Part shown: piece after piece, positions 53,526 to 64,000 of the stretch
Layout: the number at the start of each line of letters is the position of its first letter
How positions within the stretch are numbered: the first letter of the stretch is position 1
Assembly: GCA_951406725.2 (NCBI GenBank)
Contig: OX597823.1
Location: forward strand, 51,026,001 to 51,090,000
Direction: 5' to 3'
DNA: 64,000 nt
Source of the DNA: Octopus vulgaris
Taxonomy: Eukaryota
The notes under the pieces: model-generated
What the model was told of the DNA's origin: nothing
Databases searched by the model: none
What the model saw: the letters and a program-made list of their open reading frames with translations, nothing else
Translations under genes and position numbers: made by a program

Positions 53526-53827
53526 TATCTTCAGGCTACACCCACAGTACTCGCAAGATTACATAAATCTGATATGATGGAAATATCTACTACATTTAGT
53601 TGGTATTATAGACATATCAACTACACAGAGCTGATCGATACGCCCATAATACTATTTTCATAGCGTCTATTGCCATTAATAGCCGACGAGAATGCATCGT
53701 AGCTCTTCGCTCCAACATTCGAAACTCCGAGTACTATAATGACAACCTTTTACTGTTTGTTCTAAATTGTAACATATAAATAATCCCCTATTTATCTAAT
53801 ATCAAGGTCTCATTCTTTTGTTGTCGC

Positions 53828-53904
<77 letters not shown>

Positions 53905-54187
53905 TCGCGGGAGGAGTGAAGTCGATTACATTGACACCAGTTCTCAACTGGTACTTAATTTATCGCCCCCACCCCCACCGAAAGGATGAAAGGCAAAGTC
54001 GACCTCGGTGGAATTTGAACTCAGTACGTGAAAATAGATGGAATACTGCTAAGCATTTCACCTGATGTGCTAATGATTCTGGCAGCTTGCCGCCTTTATT
54101 GTCAAGTTAATATGAACGCTATTTAATATAGTTTACGAGTAACTGAAGTGGGATAACGATGTCGCATTTGATATAGAAAGGTATTAA

Positions 54188-54211
54188 TGTGATGATGGTG
54201 GTGATGATGAA

Positions 54212-54258
<47 letters not shown>

Positions 54259-54310
54259 CGATGATGATGATGACGACGACGATGATGCCGACGACGATGA
54301 CAATGATGTT
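54188..54310. repeat. (GAT/GAC)n microsatellite
   Basis: Direct reading. Confidence 0.95.
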
Positions 54311-54604
54311 GGGGAGGAAGAGTAGAAAGATATTCACAAAAGACTAAAGGATTCTTCAAGATCAGTGAATCATTTTACGTAGTTAAAATTGGCCACACAT
54401 GGCACGATATGTTCGTAGAACCGACCAAATGCCTTCCAATTTCTTCCTACTTGACTGACTGACAAATCATGAATAACAGGTGAAGATTTTTTTCACTTTA
54501 GCTACCTGCACGAAGACACCGTTCCTCGCAATTTTTCGATAGACGCTACCTTGTCAACGTAAATGATTGGTTGACTTAATTGGAGAAGTCTTCTTTCACA
54601 CACA

Positions 54605-54649
<45 letters not shown>

Positions 54650-55107
54650 ATTCAAACAGACAAGTCCTCTTTCACACACACACACACACACACATTCAAA
54701 CAGACACACAACATCTACACATTCTACATTTATATCAATGGGTGTTGATTGTATTCTTAGAATGTTTGTCATTTTTGTAATTATTAGTTCATGTTTGGTT
54801 TATAAAAAAAAAAAATCTCCGAGCTCATTAAATATTTTTAGATCCAGATTTAATAGTCTATCGCAAAGGAGTTGTTCGTGGCATGATTATTACTGCCCTT
54901 TCGTAGTAGACAGCTAAAAATGCGGCATCGCTATAGTTACGGAGGATGTCACCATGAAAACGATTTCTTCAAATCAAGTTTTGGTAAGACAAATTAACCA
55001 AACAACATCTGAGAATAAGTTGATGATTGTGTATGTGAGATAGTTTTTATATTGGTGAGGATAGATGTGATATTTGCAAAATAGAGATATGATATCTGAA
55101 GGAATGT

Positions 55108-55550
55108 AGGCGCAGGCGTGGCTATGTGGTAAGAAGCTTGCTTCCCAATCACATGATTCCAAGTTCAGTCCCACAGCATGGCGCCTTGGGCAAGTGTTTT
55201 TTACTATAACCTGGGGCAGACCAAAGCTATGTGGTCCGTTTGGTAGGCGGAAACTGAAAGAGGTGCATCGTGTACACACACACACATATGTGTATATATG
55301 TATACACACACACACATAAATATGTGTTTGTGTATCTGTCTGTGTTTGTCCCCACCACCACCACCACCACCACCACTGAAAAACCAGCGTTGGTGTGTTT
55401 GCTCCCCGTAGCTTAGCGGTTCGACAAAAGAAACCGATAGGATAAGTACCATGCTTGAAAGTAAGTTCTGGGGTTGATTCATTCGTCTAAAAATTCTTCG
55501 AGGTGGTGCTATAGCATGGCCGCAGTCAAATGACTGAAATCGGTGAAAGA
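55108..55550 (+). mobile_element. SINE family B, diverged
   Basis: Head, internal microsatellite and tail AGCATGGCCGCAGTCAAATGACTGAAA. Confidence 0.82.
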
Positions 55551-56547
55551 ACGGAAGAAAGATAAATGGTGATGCTGGTGATGTTGAAGACGACAATGCC
55601 GGTGATAATAATGACGATGATGTTGAAAAATTCATTTGTTCACGAAAACTAATGCATACTTGAACATCGGTAGATATTTTGCGAAAGTTAAAATTGGCCA
55701 AATATAGTAAGGTGTGGTCATAGAGTGACCAGAAGTGGTGTCATAAATTCATTCTACTTACCTAGACAATGGTTGACAAAATATGAAGATTCTTCTCTTT
55801 ACATTCGATGCAATTTGCGCAGCTGCATCTATGCTGTGAGTCACAAAGCGCTTCCTCAAATTTTCTTGGTTTTTCGATATACACAGTATCAGAGAAGTGG
55901 ATAGCTTATTACAATTGCAAAATTTCCTTATTTCCCGCTCTCTCTCTCCTTTTCTTTTGTTCACACACAACAAAACACAACAAAACAAAACTGTACACAC
56001 ATGTATACATATACACACACATGTTCCAAACGAAAAGAAAAACATGTTATTGATATTACGTACATTTCAAGAATTAATAATCAGTCAAACCGATTACATA
56101 CCATTTCATCAGATGGAAGACATCGAAATATAAAACACACTGGAATAATATATAAATATATATACAGGCGTACCTAAAAGCATACGGTAACAAACACACA
56201 TCATACATAGTTGAAGGTATGATGTCAGTCAAAAAGCTCTTCCTCAAATATTGACGATTTTCAATAGACAACGTATCAGGAAATTTCATCCGTTTAATCG
56301 AAAGGTTACGGCTCATCTGTATGTTAGCTGAAAGATGGTATGGTTGGTTGAAGATAGTCATGAGATCAAAGCGTCATGCGACTCTATGATCGATATTTAT
56401 GCCAAAAGTTAAAACTATTAGTCCAGTAAATATGTTACCTGGCAGAATGGATAACAATTACATGTTAGGTCCTCGTATAAAGTCAACTGAGAATATAAGT
56501 GCTAAATGAGCCAAAGATAAGGCAGTGTTAATCTTGCGATAAGTATG

Positions 56548-56866
56548 GGTGAAGGCGCGTGGGTTAGTGGTTAGTGTATTCGGCTTACAATCGTGACTTC
56601 AGTCATCGGCGGCGCATTGTGTCTTTGAACAAGACACTTTATTTCACGTTGCTCCAGTCCACTAAGATGGCAAAAATGAGTAGTAACTGTATTTGAAAAG
56701 GTTATCAATGTCCCATTCCGTATCATGCTGAATATCCCTGAGAACTACATCAAGAGTATGTGTATCTGTGGAGTGCTTAGCCAATTTTTACATCACTTTT
56801 CACGAGTAGGCTATTCCGTTGATCGGATCATCTGTAACACTTGTTGTCGTAACCGACGTAGTGCCT
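56548..56866 (+). mobile_element. SINE family C
   Basis: GGTGAAGGCGCGTGGGTTAGTGGTTAG..CTTTGAACAAGACACTTTATTTCACGTTGCTCCAGTCCAC..GTCGTAACCGACG. Confidence 0.82.
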
Positions 56867-57614
56867 GGGAATACATATATATATGTATAACTTAATTAGA
56901 GGTTATATCAACTACTTAAAGGGATGATTACATCCAAGAAAATATTGGTTCTATACTTTATGTCTTTTGAAAATAAAATATACCTAAATCAATAGGTGAT
57001 TATACTATCCGTGTTCAATTAAAAAAAGAAAATGGAGAGTTAGTGGTTAATATTTATTTATTAATAAATTGACAAGCATTTCTTCCTACAGCTGTTTCGA
57101 TTTGTACTCGTTGAATAAATTATAAATTTATATAAATGACGCATGACCTAGTGGTTAGAGTGTTTCACGCACGATCACAAAATCGTGTTCCTACAACAGT
57201 GCTGTGTTGTGTTCTTGAGTAAAATACTACATCTCCACTTGATTTGCGCCCACTTAGACACCTGACACGGGGTCCACCGTGCACCTGCTCATGTAATATC
57301 TATATTATAATGGAAACAGCTGCCAATTAATTAGGTACGTAACAGTTACAAAAAGAAAGGAATTATTAAAGGCTTGACCGTCTGGAATTTGTTTTTATAA
57401 ATTCATGAAACAAAAAATTTCCTGTTATTTCGACTCCTTAAGTTTATTGAATATTTGAACTACAAGATTTTCTGAAATTTAAATATTCGTTGCATTCACT
57501 GCGGTATAGATTTTAATTCGTTGCAGGTGAAATTTTTTGTTTTTACTTGCAACAGTTTCCCACTCTCTGATGCTTCCATTTTAATTAATGATAATCTAAT
57601 ATATATTTATTTCA

Positions 57615-57818
57615 AGGCGGCACGCTGACAGAAAAGTTAGCATGCTTAGCGGTATTTCGTTTGTCTTTACGTTCTGAGTTCAAATTCCGCTGAGGTCGGT
57701 TTTGCTTTTCATCCTTTTGGGGTCGATAAATTAAGTACCAGTTGCGTATTGGGGGTCGATCTAATCGACTGATCCTCTCCCCCAAAATTCGGGGGCTTGT
57801 GCCTAGAGCAGAAAAGAA
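57615..57818 (+). mobile_element. SINE family A monomer
   Basis: Family A body with the CTTGTGCCTAGAGCAGAAAAG tail. Confidence 0.82.
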
Positions 57819-58199
57819 TATATATTCATTTCAATATTTTCATTTCAAGTTTTAATTCGCTATTAACAAAACCCACAGTTTATTCTATATATGTAATTCA
57901 CTATTTGCAAAACCCACAGTTTATTCTATATACGTAATGTAAAAAAAACAACACATTTATTGAATGAATGAATGCTATTAGAAAAAATAGCTGTATAACT
58001 TTGAGACTTATGATACGAGGCATATATAAACATACATAGCCATTCTTTGGTTTGAACTCGCACACTTCATTAATTTCAGTAATTTTTTTATTTATTTACT
58101 TTTTGCGCACGCTGTTCAGCTCTATGTATTTGTAGTCAGTCACACACGAGCACATGTTTCTGTATGTACATTTCTATACATTTATGTGTGTGTGTGTGC

Positions 58200-58202
<3 letters not shown>

Positions 58203-58246
<44 letters not shown>

Positions 58247-58431
58247 GGTGTGTTGTCATGTATACGTACATACATAAATACATATGCATACATATTTTTG
58301 GCTGTGTGTGAGAGAGAGAGAAAGTGAGTGATGCCTAAGTGGCACTTTCTCTCTCCTTCATACACACACACGTACACATACAAAAAAGAAGTATGCATAT
58401 TTTTGTATGTACGTATACATGACAACACACC

Positions 58432-58462
<31 letters not shown>
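58203..58462. repeat. ~260-bp fold-back from a local inverted duplication
   Basis: (AG)n-TGAAGGGGTGTGTTGTCATGTATACGTACATACA pairs with TGTATGTACGTATACATGACAACACACCCCTTCA-(CT)n; inner GAGAGAGAAAGTG / CACTTTCTCTCTC. Confidence 0.88.
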
Positions 58463-58939
58463 AACATACATATAGGCGCAGGAGTGGCTGTGTGGTAAGT
58501 AGCTTGCTTACCAACCACATGGTTCCGGGTTCAGTCCCACTACGTGACACCTTGGTCAAGTGTCTTCTACTATAACCTCGGGCTGACCAAAGTCTTGTGA
58601 GTAGATTTATATATATATTTGTATGTGTTGGAAAACATGACTGTGCGGCAAAGAAGTTGTGCGGGAATGAACGGTACATTAGAATTACATATCCCCCAGG
58701 TAAAATAAGTGGAGATTTTAGTACATTTAACGAACAAGAACTTAATATCTCTGAAACTACTTACATAAATAATACTTAATTTCTAAGACGTAACGTTATA
58801 TGTCAGCATATAAGAACAAACAATACACAAAACAAAATGACGCCCCACTTTTTGATATCGACTGACATCACGGCCTGTGATGTTGTACCGAATCACGATG
58901 GCCGAAGCATGTAGGGCAATGATTTTAAGAATGTAGTCT

Positions 58940-59340
58940 TTACTCTACTCTTTTGCTTGTTTCAGTCATTTGAGTGAGGCCATGCTGGAGCACCGCCTTT
59001 AGTTGAGCAAATCGACCCCAGGACTTATTCTTTGTAAGCCTAGTACTTATTCTATCGGTCTCTTTTTGCCGAACCGGTAAGTTACAGGGACGTAAACACA
59101 CCAGCATCGGTTTTCGAGCGATGGTGGGGACAAACACAGACACACAAACATACACACACACACACACTCACACACTCACACACACACACATATATAAATA
59201 TATATACATACACATATATACGACGGGCTTCTTTCAGTTTCCGTCTACCAAATCCATTCACAAGGCTTTGGTTGGCCCGAGGCTCCGAAACCATATGGTT
59301 GGTAAGGTTGCTACTTTACCACACGGCCACTCCTGCGCAT
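58940..59340 (-). mobile_element. SINE family B (internal deletion in head)
   Basis: Reverse complement of family B. Confidence 0.85.
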
Positions 59341-59817
59341 ATATTTGCTAAATATTTGTACATTTGTTAAATAATTAAACGTACAAATTGTTTGTGCAAC
59401 TAAATCTACAAATCATTTTTGTCTTTTGGTTTGTTGTCTAAGCCTTAAAACCGAAACTACATTGTTACGATGTGAAAGAATACGCCTTATCTTTTAGAAA
59501 GCATTCAAATTTATATCATGGGCTTTCTAATTAATGACGTTATAATTATATCCACGTAACCAGACTATTCTTTTATAAAGATATATTTTTTACTGAATTC
59601 CAGGCGGTTCCTTGTGTCCTTGAGCAATGCACTTTACTTTGAAAGATCAGTTTTGTCGCATTTTGTGTAACATTGTATCTCTCTAAGAACTACGATGAGT
59701 GTACATGTGTCTGCGGAGTGTCCAGCTACTTGTCTGTTAATTTCATGAGCAGACTATTCGCTTGATTGGATTAACTGAAACCCTCGTCGTAACTGACGGA
59801 GTGCCAGTGAATATTCC

Positions 59818-60335
<518 letters not shown>

Positions 60336-60962
60336 TTCTATTATTTCAATTACTTGTTTCAGTCATTTATTTGATTGTGGTCATACTGGAGCAGCGCCTT
60401 AAATATATATATATACACATACACACACTCACACATACATATGTATGTATTTGTTATGCACGGTTCTTGAAGTGAAATTTTGTGTTGAAGTTATATTTCG
60501 GGGTGGCCATTATCCTTACCAAATGGACTAAACAGAATGGACTACATAGAACAGGATCACACACGTGCGATGAAATTTCGCTCAAGAGGTCACAGGAGTG
60601 TGCTGAAAGATTTCCAGACAATGGACATAAAATAAAAACAATAACAAACAAGTGGTGCACGAATATATATGGTGCATATGTTTATTTGGCAAAGAAAGAA
60701 ATGACTGTCCCGAAATATAGCACCATAAATATGTTTGTGTGTGTGTGTGTGTGTGAGCGTGTGTGTGCGTGTGTGTGTGTGTGTGTGAGAGTGTGTGTGC
60801 GCACGCATGTTTAAGTAAATGTATATCTATCTATCTATCTATATTTCATATACATGTATATATAATCATATATATGTATGTATATATACATATATATATA
60901 TACATATAGTGACACCATTTTGTACGTGGGTATATATATATATATGTATATACATATGTATG

Positions 60963-61013
<51 letters not shown>

Positions 61014-61292
61014 ACATATTTACATACGCATGGGTGTCACCCTCTCGATATACATATATGAATAGATATACTTATGCATATATATATATATATATATACA
61101 CACATACGTATGTATATATGTATATGATCGTATGCCGAGCACGCGTATCTGGGAGTCAGTATATATATATATGTACATACATATATACGCGTACGCACGA
61201 GCACGTACATACATTTATATACCTATAAATATGCATATATAAGTATATACAAATATATATACACACGCACATATACGTACATATATATTTAT

Positions 61293-61335
<43 letters not shown>

Positions 61336-62131
61336 CACACACACTCACACACATACAAGCGCGCGTATATACACAAATATATAGTTACATCCATACACAC
61401 ATATTGCTACAAGGAAAGAACTAAAAGAGTGACGGAGAAATGGCTTCATTTCTAACAAAGAATATATATGTTTACATATAACATACATCAGATACGTTGA
61501 AAGCGAGATCAGCTTACTGTTTTGCAACGTTGTTTTGTCATATTCCTCTTAAAGAGGCCTTTTTTTACCGAAGCGTTCTCCACTGCAGTTCAGACCAAAG
61601 AAGCAGCCATGCATATTCATTGCTTTTTTTCTTCTTTTTTTCGTCTTTTCCCCCTGTGACACAGCGCTATACATATTTTACTGCTCACAAATTAAGGGTG
61701 GCACAGATTATTAAGGTGTCTCTGCCTCTACTGTAGACCCACACGCACACATATACAGAAACACACACACACGCGCACACACACACACACACGCGCGCAC
61801 ACACACACACTAGAGGGAGCGAGAGAGAGAGAGAGAGACAGTGAGACTGGAAGTGACGGAAATGTAAGCATAGGTCTTATATTGTATTTATAAGCATTGC
61901 TTCTATATTATCATTGATTTTGCTTCTATATTTTTTGGTTAGATTTCTCTGTGACTTACATGTAATACAGAGAGTGTTTATGTGCGCGCTTGTGTATGTT
62001 TGTGTCTGCGATTGTGTCTGCGATTGTGAGAGAGAGAAGAGGAGGAGAGAAAGACGGAGAGAGAACAAGAGAGGGAGGAAAAGCGAGAGCGTGGTAGGGG
62101 ACGGTGTACGTGTGTATGTGTGTGTGTGTGC

Positions 62132-62165
<34 letters not shown>

Positions 62166-62593
62166 AAGCGTGTATTAGCCTATTACTTCAGCTTTAACAA
62201 ATTTGTTGAATAAATAGGCTTTGAATAAAGAAACGTTGCTTGTTTTGCATCAGTTTTATAATTGTTTTAGATAAAGACGATGATTTCTGAATATATCATA
62301 CGTTGCGAAATAACTTGTATTTTACGGGTTGTACTTATTAATCAAATGGCTTGCTCTGAGGTCGCGCGTTAAAATCGAAGCAATTGGGTATCGTTGCTCT
62401 TCAACGACGCCATCTGTTTTAGTTTTATTTATTTATTTTTCATTTTGTTTAATGTCTTCGCAAGCGCCCACACCAAAACTTCATTTAGATTTTTTTCTTG
62501 TTTTTTTTTTTTTTGGAAGCATTCTATTACACTCCACAAAGAATTACTTGCGATTAACAAAGAAAACAATTAAGCAATATATTTCAGTCGTGA

Positions 62594-62920
62594 TGGCGCT
62601 GGCTTAGGAGTTAGCGTATCCAACTCACGGACGTAGGGTCGTGAGTTCGATTCCCGGTGACGCGTCCAGATCTTGATCTGGACAAAGACGCATCTAATTC
62701 ACATTACTCAGGTTCACTCAGCTGACAAAAATAGGCTGTACCTGTATTTCAACGGGCCAGTCTTGTTACATTCTGTGCCACGCTGAATCTCTGAGAACTA
62801 TGTTAAGGGCACGCGTGTTTGTGGAGCGCTGAGCCCCTTGCATTGAGCCCCTTCACGAGCAGGCTATTCCATATAACGGATCAACTGGAACATTCATTGT
62901 CCTAATCGACAGAGTTCCAG
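62594..62920 (+). mobile_element. SINE family C
   Basis: GGCGCTGGCTTAGGAGTTAG..GTGAGTTCGATTCCCGG (B box)..GGATCAACTGGAAC. Confidence 0.8.
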
Positions 62921-63587
62921 TTATATTTCAACCCAAGATTTACCAAAATTAAAACTTTTTTCCAATATTTTTCAATCAGTAAAACAATTTAATGCTAAAT
63001 CATGTTATAATTTCTAATATTAGTATACCACAGTAATCTCCCATTTTAAGTTTTGAGATGTTATTCCACTGCAAGGCAGAAGTTGTCAAACCCTTCAAGG
63101 ATGCTTTTCGATATATCATCCTTGATTTTTCCTGTTGTTGTATCAGATCCCCTCACCGACGAGAGAAAATCCCAGTGGGTGATCCAATTCCTATTTGCTA
63201 AGGAGAACATAGCAATAAAATGGTTAGACATTTCTTAATTTATCAGAATTGTTACAGGTAGTGAACAGGCAGAATCTTTAGTTAGCGCATCGGACATTCT
63301 GAGTTCAAATTCGGCGAAGGACTTGCATTTTTCGAGTTCGATGAAATAAATAGCAGTTGAGCACTGGGGTTGATGTAGTTGCCTTACCTCTTTCGCTAAA
63401 ATTGCTGGCCATATGCCAAAATTTTAAGTATTGATCAGAATCATTAGAACTTCAGCTGAAACGCCATGGGGTAGTGAAAAGAAAAGGAAAAAACACAGAC
63501 GCTTTATATTCTGAGTTCAAATCCGGAAGTCAAAGAAATACAGTCAATGGACTGTAACATAAAAACAAATATTATAAGCTTTAAAAA

Positions 63588-63795
63588 TTTTACTCTTTAC
63601 CATTCAGATTGGTCTGTCAAATGTAATGCTTATTCATTCACATCGTTTTGAAATAATCATGTATTATCTCGAAGCTTCAACATGTGATTGTTTATTTTGT
63701 AAGGTAAGTATAAGAGACCAGATCTAGCAGGTTTCAATATAAAACAAATAGAATATGTGAACCTGATATGGCCTGATCAAATGCTAAACGGTTAA
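63588..63795. mobile_element. Degenerate piggyBac-type (TTAA) MITE
   Basis: Ends TTTACTCTTTACCATT.. and ..AATGCTAAACGGTTAA are imperfect inverted termini of the TTAACCCTTTAGCATT type. Confidence 0.5.
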
Positions 63796-64000
63796 AATAA
63801 GTAAACATTTGCTTGGGCGTAGCGAATATATGGGTATGAGTTATTGCATTTTAACTTATACCGACTTAAAGAGTATGTTTAGAAGTAGTACTGAGAGAAT
63901 AGTGTTTAAACATATACCGAACACATGCCGGTGTGATTCTTTCTCTTATGAAAACAGAAAGTAAAAACTCAAAAAGTGACGAATATTTTTCCACTCTGCA

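Overview
A eukaryotic, AT-rich, repeat-saturated 64 kb intronic/intergenic window. Microsatellite density ((AT)n, (AC)n, (AG)n, (AAT)n, (ATAG)n, (ATAC)n) and the tRNA-derived SINE families point to an octopus (cephalopod) genome; this is an inference. I found no intact host gene or exon, and almost all ORFs in the track are microsatellite artefacts. The recognisable coding remnants all come from transposable elements: an R4/Dong-type restriction-like-endonuclease retrotransposon inside a (TAA)n tract, a FLYWCH-MULE transposase, a CR1/L2-group LINE reverse transcriptase (RT), a Penelope-like RT + GIY-YIG element, L1/Tx1 and Jockey/I-like scraps, a piggyBac fragment inside a Helitron-like element, and mariner/piggyBac MITEs. 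Four to five SINE families recur dozens of times. Most interesting: (1) several non-coding, often fold-back elements carrying minimal type-I hammerhead ribozyme motifs of the Penelope kind, including an apparently intact one (18012-18096) and one with a natural C3G/G8C-swapped core (43429-43479); (2) a LINE and a SINE sharing a 3' tail with a covarying hairpin; (3) a Helitron-like element that captured piggyBac sequence and grew a 116-bp satellite with 3-mer higher-order structure; (4) many long inverted repeats that would form dsRNA if transcribed. Coordinates were read by eye and are approximate at the edges.
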